Positions 1 to 8,250 of a stretch of 52,762 nt of DNA are shown here, one piece after another. Under the pieces are notes generated by a model. That model was not told the DNA's origin, did not search any database, and saw nothing but the letters and a program-made list of their open reading frames with translations. The stretch covers positions 1 through 52,762 of the forward strand of contig CADCJS010000003.1 in NCBI GenBank assembly GCA_902801825.1, read 5' to 3'. Position numbers and translations under genes: made by a program. How positions within the stretch are numbered: position 1 is the first letter of the stretch; every line of letters starts with the position of its first letter. Source of the DNA: an uncultured Erysipelotrichaceae bacterium. GTDB taxonomy: Bacteria > Bacillota_I > Bacilli_A > RF39 > UBA660.

Positions 1-5
1 TGGAT

Positions 6-22
6 AATAAAACTAATATAAA
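6..22 (+). repeat. 17-nt partial third copy (AATAAAACTAATATAAA) of the rbgA-5' repeat core
   Basis: Exact match to 801-817 and 2937-2953. Flanking bases differ. Lies at the window edge, so its context is unknown. Confidence 0.5.
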
Positions 23-217
23 TTGGTTGATATTGATTTAGTCTAGCCATTCATGAAACTCCTATAAAATAAAGGAAAAACAATATTTAGTAATTACATT
101 TTTTAATAAATAATTATTAAAAAATATATAATATAGATAAAAAATAATCAAAAATAGCATAGTATTTGATACTTGATATTGACGGTTAAACATTTATAAA
201 AAGAGGTGAATTCAATT

Positions 218-805
218 ATGATAAATGTTGTTGAAATTACTATTAATGAATTTAAAACAAATATTTATGATAGATATATAAATTTATTTCCTGACAATGA
301 ACAAAGAGAATGGGATAAGATTGAAGTAACATATAATAAAAAAATTGAACATTTTTATAAAATAGTTTTTAACAATGTAATAATTGGTTTTTTTATGTTA
401 GAAAGACTTGATGATGTTCATCCTTATTATTTAGATTATTTTGCAATATATGAAGAGTATCAAAATAAAGGTTATGGTAAAGTAGCACTAGAATATTTGT
501 TGAATAATATTATTCTAAATAATGGATTAATTGGAGAAATTGAAAAAGTAGATGATAACATTTTAGTAACAGTTAAAAGATTGAATTTTTATAAAAAATT
601 AGGCTTTGAGAAAATTGAGTCTGAATATTTGCTATATAATGTATTATATACTCCTATTATTTACTTAAATTCTAAGAACTATAATAAGGATGAAATTGAT
701 AAATTATTTTTTGATTACTACAGAATAAATGTAGGAGAAAAAGAATTAAGAATAAATTGTAAAATTATAAATAAACAAGGAGTTGATCCAAATGAACGAA
801 AATAA
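218..805 (+). CDS. GNAT-family N-acetyltransferase; its last 8 codons and stop come from the left copy of the 44-bp repeat
   Basis: Acetyl-CoA motif A-like QNKGYGKVALEYLL and motif B-like FYKKLGFEKI. SD AGAGGTGA at 202-209 favours ATG 218 over the tracked GTG 206. Confidence 0.7.
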   Translation: MINVVEITINEFKTNIYDRYINLFPDNEQREWDKIEVTYNKKIEHFYKIVFNNVIIGFFMLERLDDVHPYYLDYFAIYEEYQNKGYGKVALEYLLNNIILNNGLIGEIEKVDDNILVTVKRLNFYKKLGFEKIESEYLLYNVLYTPIIYLNSKNYNKDEIDKLFFDYYRINVGEKELRINCKIINKQGVDPNERK

Positions 806-820
806 AACTAATATAAACTA
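777..820 (+). repeat. Left copy of the 44-bp perfect direct repeat (AAGGAGTTGATCCAAATGAACGAAAATAAAACTAATATAAACTA)
   Basis: Identical base for base to 2913-2956 (offset 2136 nt). Mismatches occur immediately outside both ends. Confidence 0.95.
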
Positions 821-1102
821 CCTGCCTTGTATTTATACTGTACATTGCTTAAACGCTTATAAAATGGGACTTTTTAGCAAATGAGATCTTGCAAGTTTTA
901 GTAAAAAAGAAAGAAAAATAATAAAAAATAGGTTAAAATATACTCATTTTTGTGAGGAATTAGAGTACTGACTTGTAACACTCTGACACTTATTTTTAAA
1001 CACATTTTATATGTGTTTTGTGTGTGATAAAATATTATGATTAATAATTTGCAAAATAGTAATCTTCCGATTAGCAAGTCAATGAAAAATGACTAGGTTT
1101 TA

Positions 1103-1111
1103 TGGTATAAT
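1103..1111 (+). promoter_or_regulatory. Extended -10 promoter element TGGTATAAT upstream of the XRE gene
   Basis: Matches TGnTATAAT. The same 9-mer recurs in front of rbgA and the GT39-like gene. Confidence 0.4.
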
Positions 1112-1208
1112 AATATTAAATGTTAAGTTTGGTTGACAAAGTTCCTATAAAACTTGGTAGAGTGCAACCAATATAATCTGTATAATTAATCGTGAAAGAG
1201 GTGAAATT

Positions 1209-1838
1209 ATGAGTTTAGGTCAAAGATTAATTGAACTAAGAAAATCAAAACAATTATCCCAAGAAGAAGTAGCTGAAAAATTGAATGTTACAAGACAAAC
1301 TATTTCAAAATGGGAAACAGATCAAAGTTCTCCAGAATTTGATAAAATAATTCCATTGTGTGAGCTTTTTGAAATATCAACTGAAGAATTAATAACAGGA
1401 AGAAAGGAAAAGACAGAAGAACAAAAAGAAATTATACTTGATACTAAAGAAAATAAGAAAAAAAGAACTATTGGATTAATTAGTAGTATATTCTTATATT
1501 TTTTAGGGGTAGTTTGGATTATGATTAGTATTCCAGTATTAAATATGAATCCAGTTGTAGGTAGTGCAATATTTATTTTAATTTGTGGAATAGCAACTTG
1601 TGTATTGATTTATTCAAGAATAATGTTTAAAAAAGAGAAAACAGAAGCAGAAAAGAAAAAAGATAAACGCTACAAACAAATTGAAGATATAATAAGTTTA
1701 ATTACAGTAATAATTTATTTAGCAATTAGTTTTATTACTATGGCTTGGCATATAACATGGTTTATTTGGTTAATATATGCTTTAGTGATGGAAATAGTAA
1801 AGTTAATCCTTTTTTTGAGAGGTGATAACAATGAATAA
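1209..1838 (+). CDS. XRE-family helix-turn-helix regulator fused to a C-terminal multi-pass membrane domain
   Basis: N-terminus LGQRLIELRKSKQLSQEEVAEKLNVTRQTISKWETDQSSP is a classic Cro/C1 HTH. It is followed by several hydrophobic segments. SD AGAGGTGA. Confidence 0.8.
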   Translation: MSLGQRLIELRKSKQLSQEEVAEKLNVTRQTISKWETDQSSPEFDKIIPLCELFEISTEELITGRKEKTEEQKEIILDTKENKKKRTIGLISSIFLYFLGVVWIMISIPVLNMNPVVGSAIFILICGIATCVLIYSRIMFKKEKTEAEKKKDKRYKQIEDIISLITVIIYLAISFITMAWHITWFIWLIYALVMEIVKLILFLRGDNNE

Positions 1839-2724
1839 TAAAACTCTTAAAATTATTCTTATTATCTTTTTAAGTTTATTAGTAATTGGATTATCTGTAT
1901 TCTTTGTGAATATTTTAACAAATAAAGACTTTAGATTTGGACACTTTAGTTTTGGACATAAAGTAAGTAATGAATTAGTATTTAATCAAGAATATGAAAC
2001 TATTTTTGATACTATTAAGATTGATTCTAAATCAAGCGATATTGAAATAAAAGAAGGAAATGAATCAAAAGTAAAAGTTGTTATTTATGGAGATAAGGAT
2101 GAAACGAATGTAGAGGTTGTAAATAATAAATTAAACATAAAGTCAAATGAAAAAAAATGTATAGGTTTTTGCTTTAATATGACAATTGCTAAAATAGAGG
2201 TTTATCTTCCAAATGGTTATTCTGGGAATATAAATATTGAAAATAACTATGGAGATGTAAATATTGGAAATTTTGATAACTTAATTTTAGATGCTACTTT
2301 AGATGCTGGTGATATAAAAGTTGATTCTTTAAAATCAGGTAAGATAAAAAATTCCTATGGAGATATTAAAATATTAGGATATTCAAAAGAATTAGAAATA
2401 GATCAAGACTGTGGAGATGTTGAAGTTTCTGAAGTAGATAGAATTAAACTTGAAAATAACTATGGTGATATTAATATTGGAAAAGTAAATGAATATTTGC
2501 AAATAAAAGAAGATTGTGGAGATGTAAAAATAGATTCATTAAACTTAAAAGAAAATTCAAGTATTCATAATAGTTATGGTGATATTAAAATAGGTTCAAC
2601 CAATGAAATATATATAAATGCAAAAACAAGTTTAGGAGATACAAAAATTAATAATAACTATCAAAAATCAGATGTTACTTTGACTATTGATAATAGTTGT
2701 GGAGATATTAGAATTAATAATTAA
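1831..2724 (+). CDS. DUF4097/LiaG-like putative adhesin (beta-helix repeat protein) with an N-terminal TM anchor
   Basis: Nine degenerate [ND]x[YC]GD[IV]x[IV] repeats. N-terminal TM segment. ATG 1831 lies behind SD GAGAGGTGA and overlaps the XRE stop by 8 nt. Confidence 0.65.
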   Translation: MNNKTLKIILIIFLSLLVIGLSVFFVNILTNKDFRFGHFSFGHKVSNELVFNQEYETIFDTIKIDSKSSDIEIKEGNESKVKVVIYGDKDETNVEVVNNKLNIKSNEKKCIGFCFNMTIAKIEVYLPNGYSGNINIENNYGDVNIGNFDNLILDATLDAGDIKVDSLKSGKIKNSYGDIKILGYSKELEIDQDCGDVEVSEVDRIKLENNYGDINIGKVNEYLQIKEDCGDVKIDSLNLKENSSIHNSYGDIKIGSTNEIYINAKTSLGDTKINNNYQKSDVTLTIDNSCGDIRINN

Positions 2725-2886
2725 TTTTTAATATGTAATTTTGATGGTTTTAATGATCGGACTATTAAGATATTACGATTTGCCATATGTCAAGGTAACC
2801 TTTATTAATAATAGTAATATTACTATTTGTAACACTATATAAATGATATAAAAAAGACGGAATTATACTAAATTTTGTCTTTTTTA

Positions 2887-2895
2887 TGGTATAAT
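2887..2895 (+). promoter_or_regulatory. Extended -10 promoter TGGTATAAT for rbgA
   Basis: TGnTATAAT directly after a T-tract, 32 nt upstream of ATG 2928. Confidence 0.5.
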
Positions 2896-2912
2896 TTTAT
2901 TGATTTATTAAA

Positions 2913-2956
2913 AAGGAGTTGATCCAAATGAACGAAAATAAAACTAATATAAACTA
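2913..2956 (+). repeat. Right copy of the 44-bp perfect direct repeat, covering the SD and first 29 nt of rbgA
   Basis: Identical to 777-820. Confidence 0.95.
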
Positions 2957-3785
2957 TTTTCCAGGTCATATGGCTAAAACAAGAAGGGAAATAGGGGAAA
3001 AATTAAAATTAATAGATATAGTATTTGAAGTAGTAGATGCTAGAATACCATATTCTTCTAGGATTGTAGATATAGATGATTTAGTCAAGGATAAACCTAA
3101 GATTATAATAATGACAAAAAAAGATTTATGTGATTTAACTAGAACTAATAAATGGATTAGCTTTTATAAGGATAAAGGATATAATGTTATTCTTCTTGAT
3201 TTAATAAATGATAAAAATATTAGTGAAATATTTGATGTTACTGATAAGGTATTATGTTCTTTAAATGAAAAGAGAAAGAGTCAAGGACTTAAAGAAAGAA
3301 GTTATAGAGCACTAATAATGGGTGTCCCTAATGTTGGTAAGTCTACTTTAATTAATAAGATAACTAAGAGAAAGGCTGTTAATGTTGGAGATAAACCTGG
3401 AGTGACTAAGAATATTAGTTGGATTAGAATTAATGATAAGTTAGATTTAATGGATACTCCTGGAATATTATGGCCAAAAATAGAAGATTCTAAGATTGCA
3501 TATAATCTAGCAAGTTTTTCTGCAATTAAAGAAGAAATACTTCCAATAGATGAAGTGGCGTGTTATATTTTAAAATATATGTTTTATAATTATCCAAAAG
3601 CATTAGAAGAAAGATATGGAATAACTAATTTTGATGAAGATGATTATACAGATAATTATGAATTAATTGGTAGAAAAAGAGGATGTATTGTAAGAGGAAA
3701 TGAAGTTGATTATAATAAAGTATCTACTTTAATAGTTAGGGATTTAAGAAATGGATATTTAGGTAAGGTAACGTTTGATGAATAA
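2928..3785 (+). CDS. rbgA: Ribosome biogenesis GTPase A (YlqF/RbgA)
   Basis: N-terminal FPGHMAKTRRE. Circularly permuted GTPase motifs (MTKKDL, then GVPNVGKST, then DTPG). Conserved rbgA-rnhB order. ATG 2928 sits 9 nt after AAAGGAG. Confidence 0.9.
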   Translation: MNENKTNINYFPGHMAKTRREIGEKLKLIDIVFEVVDARIPYSSRIVDIDDLVKDKPKIIIMTKKDLCDLTRTNKWISFYKDKGYNVILLDLINDKNISEIFDVTDKVLCSLNEKRKSQGLKERSYRALIMGVPNVGKSTLINKITKRKAVNVGDKPGVTKNISWIRINDKLDLMDTPGILWPKIEDSKIAYNLASFSAIKEEILPIDEVACYILKYMFYNYPKALEERYGITNFDEDDYTDNYELIGRKRGCIVRGNEVDYNKVSTLIVRDLRNGYLGKVTFDE

Positions 3786-4404
3786 TAGAAGAGAATATGA
3801 AGATAAGTACATAAGTGAAGGTTTTAATTATATTGGTGGTACAGATGAAGCTGGAAGAGGTCCTTTAGTAGGACCAGTAGTCGCTTCTTGTGTAGTTTTT
3901 CCTAAAGATTATGTTAATGAAGAAATAAATGATTCAAAAAAATTAACTGAAAAAAAGAGAGAAAAATTATATGATATTATAATGAAAGATGCTATTGCTG
4001 TTGGTATTGGAATAGTTTCTAATAAGGAAATAGATGAAATTAATATATTAGAAGCATCAAGAAAAGCAATGATACTTGCATATGAAGAGGCTTGTAAAAA
4101 AATTAAAATTGATGTATTATTAACAGATGCGATGAAGATAGATTCATTAGATATTAAAGTTGAACCTATAATTAAAGGTGATCAAAAGAGTATTTCTATT
4201 GGTGCAGCATCTATTATCGCTAAAGTAACTAGAGATAGAATTTTATATGAATTAGATAGAAAATATCCAATGTATGAATTAAAAAAACATAAAGGTTATC
4301 CTACTAAAAGACATATTGAATTAATTAATAAATATGGTGTTACTGAAGATTATAGAAAAACTTATGGACCTGTAAAAAAAGTATTAGAACAGGGGAATAA
4401 ATAA
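3778..4404 (+). CDS. rnhB: Ribonuclease HII
   Basis: GTDEAGRGPLVGPVV active-site motif. SIGAASIIAKVTRD. KGYP near the C-terminus. Confidence 0.9.
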   Translation: MNNRREYEDKYISEGFNYIGGTDEAGRGPLVGPVVASCVVFPKDYVNEEINDSKKLTEKKREKLYDIIMKDAIAVGIGIVSNKEIDEINILEASRKAMILAYEEACKKIKIDVLLTDAMKIDSLDIKVEPIIKGDQKSISIGAASIIAKVTRDRILYELDRKYPMYELKKHKGYPTKRHIELINKYGVTEDYRKTYGPVKKVLEQGNK

Positions 4405-4442
4405 TTATTTGGATAATATTATAAAAAGAGAGGAAAAATAAT

Positions 4443-6464
4443 ATGAGCAAAAATCTAGTAATAGTGGAATCTCCAGCTAAAAGTAAAACTATTGAAAAAT
4501 ATTTAGGTAGTGATTTTAAAGTAGTATCATCTAAAGGACATATTAGAGACTTAGCAACTTCTGGTAAATATGGTTTTGGTGTGGACATTGATAATGGTTT
4601 TACTCCAAAATATGTTGCCATTAGAGGAAAGAAAAAAGATATAACTGCTTTAAAAAATGATGTTAAAAAAGCAAATAAAGTTTATCTAGCAACCGACCCA
4701 GACCGTGAAGGAGAAGCTATTTCTTGGCATTTAAAAGATGAATTAGGAATAGATGAAAATAATTATGAAAGAATAGTATTTAATGAAATTACTAAGAATG
4801 CAGTTATTGATTCATTTAATCATGCAAGAAAAATAGATGATTTAATGGTTAGAAGTCAAGAAACTAGAAGAATACTAGATAGAATAATTGGTTTTAGATT
4901 AAGTAAATTAATGCAATCTAAAACTGGTGGTAAAAGTGCTGGTAGAGTTCAATCAGTTGCATTAAAATTAATAGTTGATAAAGAAAATGAAATTAATAAT
5001 TTTAAAAGTGAAGAATACTGGACTATAGATGCTATATTCAATGATTTTAATGCTTCTTTATTTAAATATAAAAATGATAAGATAAAAATATCTAATGAAG
5101 AAGAAGTAAATAAGATTGAAAATGAATTATCAAATGAGTATAAAGTAGAAAGTATTGAAGAAAAGGAAAAGAATAAACAAAGTAAACCTCCTTTTATTAC
5201 TTCAACTCTTCAACAAGATGCTATTAATAAATTGAATTTTTCTTCAAAGAAAACAATGTCAGTAGCGCAAAAATTATATGAAGGAATCTCTTTAAAAGAT
5301 GAAACAGTAGGTTTAATTACTTATATGAGAACAGATTCAATTAGATTATCTAATGAATTTATAGATAGTACAAATAATTATATTAAAGACAATTATGGTA
5401 AAGAATATGTAGGTTCTGTTAAAAAAAGTAAAAAAACAGAAAATGTTCAAGATGCTCATGAGGCTATTAGACCAAGTAGTATTAATAGAACACCAGAAAG
5501 TATTAAAGATTATTTAACAGATGATGAATATAAATTATATTCTTTAATATATTTTAGAGCACTAGCGTCTTTAATGGCACCTTCAAAAGTTAAATCTACA
5601 TCTATTGTATTGGAAAATAATAATTATAAATTTAAAATCAATGGTCAAGTTACTTTATTTGATGGTTATTTAAAAGTATATAAAGATTATGAAAAATCTG
5701 AAGATAATAAATTACCAGATATAAAAGATGATAGTATTTTAAAAACAGATAAACTAGATAAAAAACAACATTTTACAGAACCACCTGCAAGATATAGTGA
5801 GTCTAGTTTAATTAAAGAAATGGAAAGTTTAGGAATTGGTAGACCATCAACATATGCTCAAACAATTAGTACAATAATAGATAGAGGATATGTTAAATTA
5901 GTACAAAAGAAATTTATACCTACTGAAATAGGTATTGAAACTAATAATAAACTACAAGAATATTTTAGTAATTTAATAAATGTTAAATATACTGCAAAAA
6001 TGGAAGAAGATTTAGATTCAATTTCAAATGGATCAATTGTTTGGAATGAATTATTGAAAAAATTTTATAAGGAGTTTGAACCTATGGTAGAAAATGCATT
6101 TGAAAATATGGAAAAAAAGGAACCAGAAAAAACTGGTGAAAAATGTCCTGAATGTAACAGTGATTTAGTTATTAGAAATGGTAAGTATGGTAAATTTGTG
6201 TCATGTTCTAATTATCCTAATTGTAAATATATTAAAAAAGAAGCAAAACAAAATGTTGAAGTTTGTGATTGTATCAAATGTGGGCAAAAAATTGTAGAAA
6301 GAAAAACAAAAAAAGGAAAAATATTTTATGGATGTAGTAATTTTCCAAAATGTAAAGAAGCTTTCTGGGATTTACCTATAGGAGAAAAATGTCCTGAATG
6401 TAATAATATGCTTGTTAAAAAAGATGATAAGATTAAATGTAGTGCATGTGATTATGAAAAATAA
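4443..6464 (+). CDS. topA: DNA topoisomerase I with three C-terminal C4 zinc fingers
   Basis: Toprim N-terminus LVIVESPAKSKTIEKYLG, DPDREGEAISWH, and YMRTDS with the catalytic Tyr. CPECN/CxxC fingers at the C-terminus. Confidence 0.92.
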   Translation: MSKNLVIVESPAKSKTIEKYLGSDFKVVSSKGHIRDLATSGKYGFGVDIDNGFTPKYVAIRGKKKDITALKNDVKKANKVYLATDPDREGEAISWHLKDELGIDENNYERIVFNEITKNAVIDSFNHARKIDDLMVRSQETRRILDRIIGFRLSKLMQSKTGGKSAGRVQSVALKLIVDKENEINNFKSEEYWTIDAIFNDFNASLFKYKNDKIKISNEEEVNKIENELSNEYKVESIEEKEKNKQSKPPFITSTLQQDAINKLNFSSKKTMSVAQKLYEGISLKDETVGLITYMRTDSIRLSNEFIDSTNNYIKDNYGKEYVGSVKKSKKTENVQDAHEAIRPSSINRTPESIKDYLTDDEYKLYSLIYFRALASLMAPSKVKSTSIVLENNNYKFKINGQVTLFDGYLKVYKDYEKSEDNKLPDIKDDSILKTDKLDKKQHFTEPPARYSESSLIKEMESLGIGRPSTYAQTISTIIDRGYVKLVQKKFIPTEIGIETNNKLQEYFSNLINVKYTAKMEEDLDSISNGSIVWNELLKKFYKEFEPMVENAFENMEKKEPEKTGEKCPECNSDLVIRNGKYGKFVSCSNYPNCKYIKKEAKQNVEVCDCIKCGQKIVERKTKKGKIFYGCSNFPKCKEAFWDLPIGEKCPECNNMLVKKDDKIKCSACDYEK

Positions 6465-6490
6465 AATACATTGAAAAATGTATTTTTTTT
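6465..6490 (+). terminator. Intrinsic terminator after topA
   Basis: 7-bp stem AATACAT/ATGTATT followed by a T-run. TGATATAAT follows at 6492-6500. Confidence 0.6.
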
Positions 6491-6520
6491 ATGATATAAT
6501 ACAAATAATAGGAGAAGAGT

Positions 6521-7498
6521 ATGGATAAAATATATAATGAATATAATAAAGAAAAATCTAGAAAAGGATTAGTAATCATTAATATAATATTATTACTATT
6601 AGTTATAGGATTAGTATTATTTATATTATATGATAAAAAAATATTATTTAATAAAGAAGAAAAAGTAGTAGAAATAAAATCTGATTTGAATAGTGAACAA
6701 TTGAAAATTTATAATGAATTTGAGCTTGTTTATAATGCTGAATATGCTTATGAAGTCAGTCAAAATAATTATACAGATACAAAAAATAATATTAGATATT
6801 ATACTGATATAGTTATTCCTTATGTAAATATAAATTCTGAAGATGTTAAAAAAATAAATGAAGATATTAAAGAGTTAAATGATTCATTAGTAAAAGAATA
6901 TGAAAATAATCTTATAAATAATGAATACTATGTTAAATCTAATTATACTTATGTTATTAATAATAATATTTTATCTTTAGTTATTATAATAACAAGAAAT
7001 AATGAAAGTAATCAAGAATATAATGAATATAAAACATATAATATAAATCTTGATACTAAAAAGAAAATGACCTACTTAGAATTATTAAATTCTCTAACTA
7101 TTAAAGAAATTGATAAAAAAATGACGAAAAAGAATATTGAAACTTTAGAAACTGAGGCGATTAAAGAAAAAACACTAGAATTAATTGAAATAAATAATAT
7201 TGAAACAAAAGAAGAATATACTGAAGAAATAGAAGATAAAAAAACAAAAACAGTTACTAAAACAATTAAACAAAAAGATGTATTATTTTCAGGATTAACT
7301 TTAGATGAATGGATTACTTCATGTACAAACGATTATTTAGTATCTAAAAAAGAAAATAATAATATATATTTTATAGATAATGAGGGATACTTAAATATTG
7401 TTGTTAAAGTATTTAATGGTAAAAAAGAATATTCATGTAATGAAGTGAGTATATTAAAAATAAATGGTGAAATATATAAAAATTCAGGTTTAAAATAA
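6521..7498 (+). CDS. N-terminally membrane-anchored hypothetical protein (possibly DUF4163/DUF3298-like)
   Basis: Single TM segment (VIINIILLLLVIGLVLFILY). SD AGGAGAAG. The family assignment is only an impression from the segment IPYVNINSEDVKKINEDIKEL. Confidence 0.55.
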   Translation: MDKIYNEYNKEKSRKGLVIINIILLLLVIGLVLFILYDKKILFNKEEKVVEIKSDLNSEQLKIYNEFELVYNAEYAYEVSQNNYTDTKNNIRYYTDIVIPYVNINSEDVKKINEDIKELNDSLVKEYENNLINNEYYVKSNYTYVINNNILSLVIIITRNNESNQEYNEYKTYNINLDTKKKMTYLELLNSLTIKEIDKKMTKKNIETLETEAIKEKTLELIEINNIETKEEYTEEIEDKKTKTVTKTIKQKDVLFSGLTLDEWITSCTNDYLVSKKENNNIYFIDNEGYLNIVVKVFNGKKEYSCNEVSILKINGEIYKNSGLK

Positions 7499-7586
7499 AT
7501 GTAAAGTTTATATTTTTATATATTATTATATGTAAATATTTGATAAAATATATTTGATAAATAAAAAAATAGAAAGGGTAATAGTT

Positions 7587-7712
7587 ATGGCAAATAAGAA
7601 AAAAGATGAAGTTAAAAAAATGAGTGAAGCAAATATAGGTGCAGCTTTAATAACATTTATATTATGTCTTACAATTTTATTACTAGCAGGTTATATAGTA
7701 TATCACTTTTAG
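7587..7712 (+). CDS. Candidate 41-aa small membrane protein (MANKKKDEVKKMSEANIGAALITFILCLTILLLAGYIVYHF)
   Basis: Not in the ORF track because it is too short. SD AAAGGG lies 7 nt upstream. Charged N-terminus plus one TM helix. TGATAAAAT -10 element about 40 nt upstream. Confidence 0.35.
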   Translation: MANKKKDEVKKMSEANIGAALITFILCLTILLLAGYIVYHF

Positions 7713-7744
7713 TATTGACTTCAATTAAATAATTGTGTAAAATA

Positions 7745-7947
7745 ACTTTTGTAAAAACGAAGAAATAAGATTAGTAATATAATGATACTTATAAAGAGAG
7801 TTCTTGGCTGGTGAAAAAGATCAAGTTAATTATATGAATCTACTTAAGAGTGTAGTAATAACTACCGGCATAGCCGTTATACTAATTAAGTTAAATAAAG
7901 GATGGTACCGCCTTAATGGCTCCTTATGTACCATTCTTTTTGTTTTT
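7745..7947 (+). promoter_or_regulatory. T-box riboswitch leader, serine specifier UCU (approximate bounds)
   Basis: AGAGAG/GGTGAAA stem I elements. Specifier context GAA-TCT-A at 7836-7842. T-box sequence AAAGGATGGTACCGCC at 7898-7913. Terminator GGATGGTAC...GTACCATTC plus T-run. Promoter TTGACT at 7715-7720. Confidence 0.85.
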
Positions 7948-7958
7948 TAGGAGGAAAT

Positions 7959-8249
7959 ATGGAAGAAAAATATAAAAAAGGTGATATAGTTAAACATTTT
8001 AAAAGAGAACTTTTAACAAAAGAAGAATTAAAAAAAAATCCAAATAAATATTTATATGAGATAATAGGAACCTCGAGGAATACAGAAACTAGTGAAGAAT
8101 TAATGATTTATAAACCATTATATTCTACTAATTGCATTGATGGTGTAGATTATGCTGCAAGACCACTGAGTATGTTTGTTTCGGAAGTAGATTATCAAAA
8201 ATATCCAAATGTAAAACAAAAATATAGATTTGAGAAAGAAGGAGAATAA
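7959..8249 (+). CDS. DUF1653-like small protein, first gene behind the Ser T-box
   Basis: YKKGDIVKHFK...YEIIG...TEEL(M)IYKPLY...ARPLSMF pattern. SD AGGAGG favours ATG 7959 over the tracked 7926, which lies inside the terminator. Confidence 0.55.
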   Translation: MEEKYKKGDIVKHFKRELLTKEELKKNPNKYLYEIIGTSRNTETSEELMIYKPLYSTNCIDGVDYAARPLSMFVSEVDYQKYPNVKQKYRFEKEGE

Positions 8250-8250
8250 T

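Noticed and set aside
777-820. Transposon or IS target-site duplication
   Set aside because: 44 bp is much longer than known transposase duplications. No terminal inverted repeats or transposase lie between the copies. An att-type core is the better reading.
974-2846. Shared 10-mer TTGTAACACT at about 976 and about 2828 inside the repeat-bounded cargo, as possible XRE operators
   Set aside because: Only 10 nt match, the sequence is not palindromic and only two copies exist. This is insufficient evidence.
4340-4621. Antisense or alternative-frame ORFs inside long genes. Listed here with 8118-8303, 8316-8582, 12118-12318, 15818-16117, 19949-20233, 22207-22398, 22991-23203, 23518-23700, 35903-36163, 41175-41381, 42015-42308, 47052-47510, 48202-48486, 48656-48850 and 50354-50539.
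   Set aside because: All are embedded in confidently recognised genes on the other strand or in another frame, lack an SD, and have the Leu/Ile/Phe/Ser-rich composition expected from reading AT-rich coding DNA out of frame.
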